Assembly: GCA_016699935.1 (NCBI GenBank)
Contig: CP064992.1
Span: forward strand, 300,001 to 332,000
Direction of reading: 5' to 3'
Length of the DNA: 32,000 bases
DNA from: Candidatus Saccharimonadota bacterium
Lineage (GTDB): Bacteria > Patescibacteriota > Saccharimonadia > Saccharimonadales > UBA4665
Position 1 is the first letter of the stretch; each line of letters starts with the position of its first letter. Under the pieces are notes generated by a model that did no database searches, was not told where the DNA came from, and saw only the letters and a list, made by a program, of their open reading frames with translations. Shown in pieces: positions 1 through 9,765 of this stretch. Position numbers and translations under genes: made by a program.

Positions 1-141
1 TGATGCCAAAGTTGTGTCGACGTGACGGATGCCTGTAGCCCACGAGAAAAGTACGGCGTCGCCAAAAGCGCTAGGAGCGCTCCAGCGATAAGCGCCAGGG
101 TCGCACTTAGTACAAGCTTAACACCTTTCGATTTTTGCGTG

Positions 142-381
142 TCAGAGCGATAGCCACAAGCATGGGGCTACGAGTAGTCCGAGCTGTACCCATTGCATGG
201 TTGTCAGCCCGCCGCCATTATTTGCAGAGTTCAACACCGTGTTAGCGTCACCGGCAACATATGTCGCTAACACACTCCCGAGAGACAAAGACAAAAACGT
301 AAACACCCCACTTGCATGTAAGAGAATAACCGAGAGAGCTGGCGCTAACATAAGAAGACCGAGCAATAGCTGTGCGTCCAT
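142..381 (-). CDS. small hydrophobic membrane protein, function unknown; may continue into 1-141 in another frame
   Basis: 79-aa ORF, almost entirely hydrophobic. TGgTATAGT extended -10 ends 6 nt before the ATG at 381. A second hydrophobic frame (KLVLSATLALIAGALLALLATPYF...) runs from about 135 to the window edge. Confidence 0.4.
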   Translation of the reverse strand: MDAQLLLGLLMLAPALSVILLHASGVFTFLSLSLGSVLATYVAGDANTVLNSANNGGGLTTMQWVQLGLLVAPCLWLSL

Positions 382-549
382 ACTGACACTATACCATAAG
401 CACTACTGGCGCATGGTGTAGCGTAAACATACGGTAATTACCACAAGCTGCAAAAACAAACGCAATGAAGCTACATAAACAAAATATTCACAAAACGGTA
501 TTTATAGACTACGTGTGACGAAAGAGATTTTGTATTCAACTCGTGCAAA

Positions 550-1062
550 TTACGGGATATTCACATCAAGTGTCTGACCTACGTAAAATGATTGGTTTTT
601 GGCAGATTCGGCTGGCAGCTCTAAAACGTATTTCGCTGGCTTCGCAGAACAGAACAGCTTGGGAAATGTCTCGGGCGACACTTTTTGTGCGATTTCGACG
701 ATAGTATTTGCTTCGTCAAGCCAGATGATATCTATACTAAGGCGCATATCTTTCATCCACATACAGGCAGCGCTAGGTACATCAAACTTAAACAGCATGC
801 CCGTGTTCGGAGTCAATCTCTGCCACCCGCTCAAGCCCCGTAGACGCGCCTCTTCGGTTCCGGCAACCTCTAGGGTAAACTGTGTCTTTTCAGTCTGGAG
901 CCTTGCGGTTTTAATGCTGGGTTTGTAGAGAAATACGACCAGACAAAGCAGTATTAGCATTGCTATTAGCAGCACGCCTGAAACAGGTGATGCACGAATG
1001 ATGGTGTGCGTAGACGCCAACTTTGTCTTTGCGGCGGCAGCTTTTAGCGTGCTGTTCAACAT
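550..1062 (-). CDS. DUF192 domain protein with N-terminal membrane anchor
   Basis: 170 aa with a TM helix (VLLIAMLILLCLVVFLY). Followed by the DUF192-type pattern RLRGLSG...GMLFKF...CMWMKDMRLSIDIIWLD...KYVLELPA. TGgTAAAAT lies 8 nt upstream of the ATG. Confidence 0.75.
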   Translation of the reverse strand: MLNSTLKAAAAKTKLASTHTIIRASPVSGVLLIAMLILLCLVVFLYKPSIKTARLQTEKTQFTLEVAGTEEARLRGLSGWQRLTPNTGMLFKFDVPSAACMWMKDMRLSIDIIWLDEANTIVEIAQKVSPETFPKLFCSAKPAKYVLELPAESAKNQSFYVGQTLDVNIP

Positions 1063-1221
1063 ACTTAATAATTTTACCAGTCGCAGTACAACTAGTCACC
1101 CTTCTGTAATAAACTCGGACTTGCAAGTAGCACTTGTAGGCAATTTGCTACACGCGCTATTTTTACCTAGAAACAACCTGCTTTGTTCGAGGTTTTTGTA
1201 CCTTGATGGCAATCGCCTGCT

Positions 1222-2464
1222 CTAGCCTGCGAATGTCCGCAAGCACCCTGGATCTGTTTTTGTTAAAAGAATAATGTCGAACACCGGGTCATCACCATTT
1301 CGCGCAAAATCACACATATCGCCAATTTTTTTCTTTATCTTTATATTCGAAAATGATTCTAGCTTACGGACTTTATTCACCCCTTCAAGACTCACCAGTC
1401 GTCCTTTTTGATGAGCGTAGAATTGCATGACTACCGTGTAGCCTTTGGTCTTTTTAGGTAAGATCGGCTTTTTTGGAATACGTATGAGGATATCATTCAT
1501 GGAATGATCCATGCCATATGAAAGCTCATACATTTCGTGCCGAAAGCCACCTATACGAGGCCAACCTCTATTACTTTCCAACCATTTTCCGTCTTCATGA
1601 GTTCTATGTGGCAATTTGTGCTGCGTAGATTCAGTGCTTCGACTGCTTTTTCTGCAACACGTCTCGCTGCCTCTACCTTGTGTGGCAATATGTTTACTGG
1701 TGTGATACGCATGTATCCGAAAAATCTTCAAACCCAACCGCTCTGCCCGTTTTCACATGTACGAGCGGGGCGTGATATATAACACCTCTTTGGTTAACGT
1801 AGGTGTCGATAGAATACATGGAACCTTCCATGAACTCTTCGACAAGAATCTGAGGCTCACCACGTCCTCGTTTTTTCACGTATATTTGGTCGATTTTTCT
1901 GACAGTTTTCTTTAAGTACTCTTCGAGTTCTTCGCGGTGATAGCAGAGCGTCACAAACAAACTTGCCGCAAGCCCTGACGGTTTAATAATAAGCGGAAAT
2001 CCTACTACTCGCTCTATGCGGTCAAGTGTCTCTTTGCTGGCATCATGAGCAACAACAAACTTAGGTGCAATGGAGCGATCATACCCTCGGAGTAGCTGCC
2101 GCATTTTAATTTTGTCAGTTGTCCAATCCAGTGATTTTTCGGTCGGGGTATTGAGGTATGGCACATGAGGCACGATTTTTTGAGCAACGGAATATTCTTT
2201 TCGGCACGACACGTCACCGCAAGAAAACGGTTTTTATATGGCATTAATGATTTTTGGATCTCGGTTTCTTTCGAGAAATCACACTCTAAAATAACTGCCC
2301 CATTTACCTTATGCGCTGCAGCCAGGCCCGCCATATCAGAATCATCGACTATCACGCAAGCGGTCAACTCACGCCCCAATACCTTTTCTAGTTTGGCTAC
2401 GGCAATTTGCTGTTTACCTAGATAAGATCCTACAAAAGGATCATATCTCTCTCTTGGGCTTCAT
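1222..2464 (-). pseudogene. ATP-grasp ligase (L-amino-acid-ligase-like, about 410 aa), broken by about 4 frameshifts as assembled
   Basis: ORF fragments 2014-2379, 1694-2212 and 1222-1737, plus an unlisted frame (FGYMRITPVNILPHKVEAARRVAEKAVEALNLRSTNCHIELMKTENGWKVIEVG), join into one ATP-grasp protein. It reads GFPLIIKPSGLAAS...EEFMEGSMYSIDTYV...PRIGGFRHEMYELSYG. The one break traced to base level (about 1715) is in a T run; the 5' end is ambiguous (ATG at 2464 or 2477). Confidence 0.6.
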
Positions 2465-2588
2465 CAAATCGTGACATACCTACATATAACCTTAGTCTTT
2501 ATAAATCAGCAAGTGATTTTAATCATTACAATGGTCCACACAATAAAATTTACTTACGTATGATACCATATTTTTTACTATAATTCAA

Positions 2589-3504
2589 TTATAGATTCGC
2601 TAGTTCTGCCAGATATTCATCTAGTACTGCTAATTTTTAGTCACATTACTCCCAGTCGAAAGCTGTGGCATATTATTAGCTTCCAAAAGTAATACTCGCC
2701 CGTTTCATTGTGACGAATCATATCAACGCCCGTAACTTCACGCTTAAGCAAACGCGCCATCCTTAGCGATGCATCTCTCACCGATTCAGGCAGCGACTCT
2801 ACTGGTACCACAGCTGCTGAACCACCTTGTGAAGTGTTATTGAGGTGGCTGCCGTTTTGAGCCTGACGGTGAATCACAAGCCGTACCATATCACCCATGG
2901 CAAGAATACGAAAGTCTCCGTCATTGGGTATATAGTCTTGTACTATGAAATTTAGAGGCTTGTCGCTAGGCTGTTCAAATATTTCCTGGAGCTCGTGCAA
3001 ATCATTCACCAAATAGTTCAGGTTACCCCCGACTAGCTGCCAGCGCTTTAACAATAAAAGGTACTTGGCGATGCTGGGCGGCCACTGCTTTCATCAACAC
3101 AACTTTGTCCATACAAAAATAAATGGCGTTACGGGCACATCGTTTAGAGCTGCGATCACGCATTGGCTAAGCTTGGTAAAGGACCTTCCATCATATGCCT
3201 CAGAATTGGCGAAGGGTATGCCGTGATACTTTGCATAATGTGCTACAGCTCGCGCCACATCATCAAGTGCTTTTGTTTTAAACCATCCGATTAAGAAAAT
3301 GGCATCAAAATCAGCGACATCTTTGCCGCTAACACTGTCTGTAACATGCAATTGCGTTCCATCGTACAGAAAGATCAGATCTTCATAGTCCATGCTCAAA
3401 TAAGAAGCCTTGGTATCAAGTTTCGCCATGCCGTCTAGCATGCTTTTGCCTGTATCGTACGCTTCGCGGTCATCGCGCCGGCAAAGTATGAGTATGTGTT
3501 TCAT
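2589..3504 (-). pseudogene. RimK-like ATP-grasp ligase, broken by about 4 frameshifts as assembled
   Basis: N-terminal fragment 3094-3504 and C-terminal fragment 2641-3054 (RILAMGD...NNTSQGGSA...VTGVDMI...GEYYF). Adding one T at the TTTT run restores YFLEANNMPQLSTGSN. A further shift gives the tail KLAVLDEYLAELANL* ending at 2589. AAGGA RBS before the ATG at 3504. Confidence 0.6.
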
Positions 3505-3533
3505 CGTTATCCTTATTGTTACGTAGTTATACC

Positions 3534-4472
3534 CTAAGCGTCTTTTACGAGCCAGTCAAGAAACTTGTTGGCAACATCACGTGACTGCCCAGTATAAGGG
3601 TAGCTATGCAACCCCAAGCTTGGCTGGCTGTTCATTTCTATAAAATAATGTTTCCCGTCTTCTGCAACGATAAAATCGACTCCGCACACACCTAATCTCA
3701 GCCGCTGGGTAAGTCGTATCGCATCTTTGGTCATATACGCATTTAGTGTGTCTGTTTTATCTATAGAGACACCACCTCTGCCAATGTTTGCGACACCCAT
3801 TACACGAACTTCTTCGCCATGTGCTGGAATAGAAACCAAGTTTTGGCCTAGAAACTGCTTTGCGGCTTGCATGTCTACATAACAAAGTTGTTTATTATAC
3901 CCAGGGCCGCGTTTGTCGTTCGCATTTTCACGCCTGATTAACTGCTCAATTGTGTGCATACCATCGCCAATCACATAAGCTGGTTTGCGAATGGCCGCAG
4001 CCACAATATGATGATCTATCACTAATACTCGATAGTCATCCCCTGTGATATGTTGCTGCAACATTACAACTCTACTGTACCGCTGAGCGTTCGATATAGC
4101 CCTACGAAGTTTACTAACAGTATCGATCGACACGGTTACACCTAATCCGTGCGCAGAATTTAGTGGCTTCACTACTACAAAGCCATGCTTTTGCAAAAAT
4201 GCTTCCGCAGCCTGGAGGTCTGCCTGAAATAGCTGCGAATCGGGGATTTGTATACCCATTTCCGTCACCAGCAACTGCGCTAGGTCTTTGTTGTCTGCAA
4301 TAAACGTATTGACCGCGCCTGATTTGTAAGACCTCAAACCCTTTAAGAAGTACTCCCGACCGTCTGGTAGTATGATAGCGCTCAAACCTGATTTGATAGG
4401 ATATAGCTCTACCTTCCAACCACGCTTTCGTGCTGCATCTAGAACAAGTTGTGTGGTAATACTAACTGCCAT
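3534..4472 (-). CDS. cyanophycin-synthetase-like ATP-grasp protein (G-domain only, no Mur-ligase-like domain)
   Basis: Intact 312-aa ORF. The pattern RKPAYVIGDGMHTIEQLIRRENANDKRGPGY...GVANIGRGGVSIDKTD...GVCGVDFIV...YFIEMNSQPSLGLHSYPYTGQSRDVA matches the CphA ATP-grasp region as I recall it. TATAGT lies 8 nt before the ATG. Confidence 0.7.
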   Translation of the reverse strand: MAVSITTQLVLDAARKRGWKVELYPIKSGLSAIILPDGREYFLKGLRSYKSGAVNTFIADNKDLAQLLVTEMGIQIPDSQLFQADLQAAEAFLQKHGFVVVKPLNSAHGLGVTVSIDTVSKLRRAISNAQRYSRVVMLQQHITGDDYRVLVIDHHIVAAAIRKPAYVIGDGMHTIEQLIRRENANDKRGPGYNKQLCYVDMQAAKQFLGQNLVSIPAHGEEVRVMGVANIGRGGVSIDKTDTLNAYMTKDAIRLTQRLRLGVCGVDFIVAEDGKHYFIEMNSQPSLGLHSYPYTGQSRDVANKFLDWLVKDA

Positions 4473-4532
4473 GCATGAGTACTATACTGGATATAATGTT
4501 TTTATGCAATTTTATTGTTTTTACACTTTTTA

Positions 4533-4541
4533 TGGTATAAT
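4533..4541 (+). promoter_or_regulatory. extended -10 box TGGTATAAT, 6 nt upstream of the GTG start of the S51 peptidase (leaderless-type arrangement)
   Basis: Sequence tatGGTATAATgtatctGTG. Sits in the 75-bp divergent region shared with the ATP-grasp operon. Confidence 0.5.
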
Positions 4542-4547
4542 GTATCT

Positions 4548-5302
4548 GTGAATATCGTAAGCATTGGCGGCGGCGACAGAACCCCGGAGTACAGGCTGCA
4601 CTCGCGCTCACCGGACAAGAACATCCCAATGTCTTGATCGTGCCAACGGCTTGTTCTACAGAAAAAAGCTACAATGGCAAAGTATCAAAAGTTTTAACAT
4701 TTTTTACTAACCTTGGCTTAACTGCACGTGTCCTACACGAACACACAGAAACACCTACGCGTGAAAAAATTGAAGATATGCTGGGTGAAGCAGCCCTTGT
4801 ATACACCATAGGCGGAAACACGCCCTACATGCTTGAGCAAATGAAGGCTTCGGGGCTAGACACTGCGCTAGCCGAAGCAATTCGGGGCGGCAAAGTACAT
4901 GCGGGCACAAGCGCCGGTGCACTGCTGCCGTTTGCTCTCATACATACCAACCCTTCGAAAAATCCCAGAAATCAATTGTGGGATTTTACGTTTGAAAATG
5001 GTCTTGGGCTTATGGATGCTGTAGCGACCGCACATGCCGACGGGCGCGACATGACACCCAAAGGTCCTCGACCAGACACCCGCCGTGAGCACCTCCAACT
5101 AAATTTTCCTACTGGCTTGGCTCATGGTTTAGCCATAGACAACGGTGTGGCTGTAACTCTTAGTGTACATCCCAGAGTTATTATTAACGACCCACACAGT
5201 CAAGCCGGGGTTTACCTTCTAAACAGACATCCCGACGGTCAAGTTACCAGCACGCGAGTTGAGGATCCATCACAGCTCAGCCAGATACCAATGAGAGGTT
5301 AG
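4548..5302 (+). CDS. peptidase S51 family (dipeptidase E / cyanophycinase-like); one frameshift near the 5' end as assembled
   Basis: GTG-NIVSIGGGDRTP in one frame, then ALALTGQEHPNVLIVPTACS...IGGNTPYML...HAGTSAGALL in the listed ORF (4634-5302). One extra C in the CCCC run at about 4582-4585 joins them. Confidence 0.75.
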
Positions 5303-5307
5303 CTTTA

Positions 5308-5421
5308 TTATTGAGCGCTTTGGACTTTTTTGTAGATGAGGTAGATGACGGCTGCAAGAATAATGAGTATGAGGAGTTCTAGGGTGATGAGGCCGCGCTG
5401 ATTGTGCTTAAGCTTATACAT
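5308..5421 (-). CDS. 37-aa hydrophobic peptide with prepilin-like N-terminus (MYKLKHNQRG/LITLELLILIILAAV...)
   Basis: Unlisted short ORF 41 nt downstream of the dnaJ stop. G-LITLE places Glu at +5 after the Gly, as in type IV pilin class III signals. The mature part would be only about 27 aa. Confidence 0.3.
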   Translation of the reverse strand: MYKLKHNQRGLITLELLILIILAAVIYLIYKKVQSAQ

Positions 5422-5462
5422 TTACCCGTTATTATGCCGAAACAACTATGCCGAATGCAAGC

Positions 5463-6578
5463 CTAGAAAAAACCACGCTTCTTTGGTTCGGCTCGGAAGG
5501 CTTCGAGGAGTTCTTGCTGTTGCTTCGAAAGTTTGGTTGGCGTATCGACTACGATGGTAACAATATGAGCGCCACGAGTTTCGCTGCGCAGGTGCGGTAC
5601 ACCGTGATTGCTTAGCTTAAAATCGGTTCCACTTTGCGTTCCAGCTGGAACTTTCATGCGTACTGCACCATCGACAGTTTCCACATCTATCTCCGTGCCT
5701 AGAGCGGCGTCCACCATGCTTATATGCTCATCGCTGAGGATCAGATCGCCTTCACGCGTAAAATGTTTGTGTGCTTTAACGCGAATGTGTACGTACAAGT
5801 CGCCTTTTGGTCCATTGGCAACAGCCTCACCGTGCTCACGCAGCCGAATCGTAGCACCGTCGTCAATACCGGCTGGGATTTTAAGCTGGATGGCTTGGGT
5901 GCGCCGTTCGGTGCCTTTGCCACGGCAAACACTACAAACTTTTTCGGGTTGCTTGCCTTTGCCATGGCAAGTTGGGCAGACTGCTGCTTGCTGGATATTA
6001 CCAAAAATGGTTCGAACCGCCTGCACTACTTGGCCGTTACCCTTGCATGTGTCACAGGTTTTAAGCTCATAGCCCGGTTCAGCAGTATTGCCCTTGCAAT
6101 GACTGCAGGTGTCTTCTATGTTGAGCCTTAGTTCTGTTTCGGCGCCAAAAACAGCTTCTTCAAAACTTATTTCGACGCGCGTTTCCAGGTCGTTGCCGCG
6201 GGCTTGACGTTGGCTGCGCCCACCGCCGGCTCCACCACCAAAAAAACTGCCAAAAATGTCACCTAAACCAAGGTCACCGAAGTCGAAGTTGACATTCTGG
6301 CCGCTCCATTCACCACCGAACCCGCCAAATGGATTACCCCCACCACCATTCCCTGCCGCCCCGCCGACACCAGCGTGGCCAAACTGGTCATAGCGCTGAC
6401 GTTTGCTTTGGTCTTTTAGCACCTCATAGGCTTCGTTTACTTCTTTGAATTTAACTTCATCACCACCCTCTTTGTCTGGGTGCAGCTCTACCGCCTTTCG
6501 ACGAAAAGCCTTTTTGATTTCATCGGCCGAAGCAGATTTATCTACTCCGAGCACTTCATAATAATCACGTTTTGCCAT
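5463..6578 (-). CDS. dnaJ: molecular chaperone DnaJ
   Basis: Intact 371 aa. J domain with HPDK, a Gly/Phe-rich linker, and four CxxCxGxG zinc-finger repeats ([32 protein letters not shown]). Confidence 0.97.
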   Translation of the reverse strand: MAKRDYYEVLGVDKSASADEIKKAFRRKAVELHPDKEGGDEVKFKEVNEAYEVLKDQSKRQRYDQFGHAGVGGAAGNGGGGNPFGGFGGEWSGQNVNFDFGDLGLGDIFGSFFGGGAGGGRSQRQARGNDLETRVEISFEEAVFGAETELRLNIEDTCSHCKGNTAEPGYELKTCDTCKGNGQVVQAVRTIFGNIQQAAVCPTCHGKGKQPEKVCSVCRGKGTERRTQAIQLKIPAGIDDGATIRLREHGEAVANGPKGDLYVHIRVKAHKHFTREGDLILSDEHISMVDAALGTEIDVETVDGAVRMKVPAGTQSGTDFKLSNHGVPHLRSETRGAHIVTIVVDTPTKLSKQQQELLEAFRAEPKKRGFF

Positions 6579-6596
6579 TCCCTAAATTGTACAAAA

Positions 6597-6623
6597 CTAG
6601 CACTCAAAAGTCTAGAGTGCTAA
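6597..6623. promoter_or_regulatory. CIRCE operator (HrcA binding site) upstream of dnaJ
   Basis: CTAGCACTC-N9-GAGTGCTAA versus consensus TTAGCACTC-N9-GAGTGCTAA. Lies 19 nt upstream of the dnaJ ATG and overlaps the TACAAT -10 region. Confidence 0.85.
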
Positions 6624-6630
6624 ATTCACC

Positions 6631-7452
6631 CTATTGGGCATGGGCGGCTACGACGGCTGACCAAGCATCGATGCTCGGCTGATCGGTAAATCGCCACTGC
6701 TCCAGTACGTCGTTACTGCGGTTGCTCCACCAATACATCCAGCCAGCAAAGCCGTTGGCGACAAGCCACTGATGATCAGCTGCAATCACGCCCGGCCGAC
6801 CAGACTCGTCTACCGAAAGCAAATATCGTCCGTATTCTGTTATCCAGAGCGGTTTGCCCTTGCTCGCAACGAATGAATACCACGTTTGAAACTCAACAAG
6901 TTCAGTCAGTGGCTTAACAGCATTGACGCCGGTGTCAGTGCCTTTGCGATAGGTGTCGAAGCCGTACCAGTCGGCATTGGGCGGAATAAACGAACCGTCA
7001 GCCCCATTATTGCCAGGCCGATACTGAAAACCACCTGCGATCATACCAAACTGCACCGATGGTCGAGCTGCCTTGGCAGCGTTACGGTAACTCGTCCATT
7101 CACTAACAAATTGCGCACCTGTCGCATAATCGGCTTCGGGTTCATGATGAAATATAAACATTGGCGCATCACCACGCATGCTGTTGACGTAGCTAGCCAT
7201 ATTGCCACCAGCGTCATCTTTAAATGATGGTATCTCCAGCACGTCGCTGGGCGTAAAATATGACGCTGTCGCAGGTAATGTTTGCTCAAATGCACGCGTC
7301 GCCGCCAGTGGTCCAAACGTACTAACACCAGTCTGCCACTGCAAAGATAAGTTATTACTGTTTGGCTCATCGGGTCCTGGTTTACAACGTGCACCAACAT
7401 AAAAACGTGGTCTTGAAATTGCCCTTTGATGACGCCTGGCTGCTATGCTCAT
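6631..7452 (-). CDS. clan GH-A-like (TIM-barrel) glycoside hydrolase, paralog 1; no signal peptide
   Basis: Intact 273 aa. FHHEPE is a candidate acid/base in the position of the NEP motif, and WITEYG is a candidate nucleophile. N-terminus is MSIAARRHQRA. TATACT lies 7 nt before the ATG. Confidence 0.6.
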   Translation of the reverse strand: MSIAARRHQRAISRPRFYVGARCKPGPDEPNSNNLSLQWQTGVSTFGPLAATRAFEQTLPATASYFTPSDVLEIPSFKDDAGGNMASYVNSMRGDAPMFIFHHEPEADYATGAQFVSEWTSYRNAAKAARPSVQFGMIAGGFQYRPGNNGADGSFIPPNADWYGFDTYRKGTDTGVNAVKPLTELVEFQTWYSFVASKGKPLWITEYGRYLLSVDESGRPGVIAADHQWLVANGFAGWMYWWSNRSNDVLEQWRFTDQPSIDAWSAVVAAHAQ

Positions 7453-7488
7453 TGGCTCTAGTATACAACACAGGCGGAATTTATACGT

Positions 7489-9708
7489 TTAGTAAATCGG
7501 CGAACCGACTGTCGCACCGCGGCCGCTATCGCCGGTGTAAACATAGCCATCGAGACCGACAGCCAGTGTGCGGGTCGAAGAACAAGCCGCCGTGTAAAAC
7601 GCATCGCTTACCACGTCAAAGACTGGCACGGCCGCACGCGGGTCGAGACAGCGCCATAGCTTGCCCGAAAAATCATGTACAAACAACCAGCCTTCTGGGC
7701 TCATAGCGAGCGAACCGACGCTGACGCTCGTGAGTAGCGCTTCATCGACAGTTGTGCCAGTACCGGTGGTAGTATCGCCGTTGGTGATGCGGTAAAATGA
7801 TCCGTCGGTATTGCGAACATAAACGTAGGCTTGGTTAATCTTGTCGGCACAGACTGTATCCCAAGTAGCATATTCGGCATTGGCGGCGTGAATTTTGACC
7901 CACGTTAAACCAGCATTGTTGGAGCGCCATAAGCCCGTGCCACTATCGCCCTGAGCATAGACACGCGACCCGTACCACGAAAAGCTAGCGTTGTTGATAT
8001 TGGTAGCGCTAAATGGCCCACCAGTGATTTGCGTCCAGGTTGAGCCAGTTTTGCGCCACAGGCCACCAACTGCATTGCCACCACTACCAGCAATTGTGAC
8101 CAGTATGACGCGGTTGCCGCCGCTATCGCGTCCGACTGCCAGACCAGGTGCGTCGTTATAAACTGGCAGATTTTCGTCTACCCACGTACCGCCCGCATAG
8201 GGGTTAGTGTTACTTGCGATAGCACCGATGTTGTTATTGTTGTTCCGTGGGCTGGTGTTGAGAAAGAGCGTTGCATCTTGCGGATCATAAACCGCAACAT
8301 CGCCCTTGATATCACTTTCGCCAGCGGGAAAATCAGCCGGATGCTGCAAGACTGTCGTACCGTGATCTGTCGACGTTAAGCAAACATGGTCGCCATTTGA
8401 CCACGCAAGACGGCCTGCTACTAGCGGATCTGTGGCGACAGTTTTATTGACCGTCACCATCAGGCCATTATGAGCTGGCTGCCATGTCCAGGTACTTGTG
8501 AATGTGCCCATCCAAACACCACCGCGCCCAGCGACCACCAGTTGATCGGTTCTGTCAGGATCAACCACCAAATGTGCCGCACACCACTGCAAAGTTTGAG
8601 CGAAGTTTTGATACGTTTCATTGCGAAACCATGACAATACCGAAGTACCATAGACGGTATAATCGACAGTTGAATTGCCAGCGATCGAAATAGCCGTCCA
8701 GTTAGCACCACCATCGGTTGAGCGCATGATACCTTTTCGCCTTTTGGGCACAGTGTTATCTTGCACACCCTGTACAGCTCCAGCATATAGGATGATGTTT
8801 GCGCCTGATTTATATCCAGTAATCGACACCCATTTAGGTGTGCTCGATGCCGTGCCGGTATCGATACCATTGTTTAGATCCGTCCACGTGCCGCCACTAT
8901 AGCGAAATATACCAGAGTGATTACTTGCCGTGTAGAGACGTGTCGTGCCAGCATCATCCAGCGCGAACAATTCTTCAACATACTGGATTGTGCTCGAGGC
9001 AACAGTCGGCGGGTAGTCAGCCATTTTGGTAAACGTCATGGCGCCGCGCGCATTTGTGCTACGGTAAACACCACTAGTCGACGAGTTACCGTCGTCTGAC
9101 ACGGCCGCATATAAAATATCTGGATTGTTTGGGTCACTGGCAATACAACGTAACGATTTACCCGCTAATGCAGTTGAAGTAATCCACGATCCATTATCCC
9201 GTCGTTGAACACCTTGAGTGGCAGTTGCTACCCATAGGTATTTGGTTGCGCCACTATTGTCTTGCGCCAACATATTTCCGGTCGGGCGTGGCAATTCGAC
9301 ATTTTTCGAGTCGCCGGGCCATATCGGCACCATTGGCATCTTGGTCGTAATTGGCTGGCTCTGTTATGCCCGACCACGTCACTCCCCAGTTAGTACTGCG
9401 GTAGAGACCTTGGTCGGCCGCCGCAAAACATTCACCAGGCGTCGTGTCCGACCACATAACGGCTGCCATGTTTGACCCGACATTACCGACAGGCTGCCAC
9501 GTTTGGCCTTTGTCGACACTATAGTGCAGACCAGAAATATCAGCCGCCAGTATATACGGTCGCACACCTCCGTTTAAAAACGGGCTGATCGCGACGGCAT
9601 TTTGAAAGCCGCCGCCACCTATGCCTGAGCTCGCAAAGAATAACTCGTCGGTATTGAACCGGAAACTGAGTGATTAACGCGCATGAAACGTCGAGATGCA
9701 ATTCCCAT
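7489..9708 (-). CDS. BNR/Asp-box beta-propeller protein (sialidase/GH74-like fold), 2 frameshifts near the 5' end as assembled
   Basis: Asp-box repeats SVDKGQTW, RSTNWGVTW, RSTDGGANW and RSNNAGLTW. The 616-aa ORF (7489-9339) joins fragment 9254-9565 and a short ATG frame starting at 9708 (MGIASRRFMRVNHS...). TATACT lies 9 nt before that ATG. Confidence 0.65.
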
Positions 9709-9765
9709 ATGCTTTTAAGTATAGTCGATTGCTAAAACACAACCAATACGATTAAACCAAAAACA

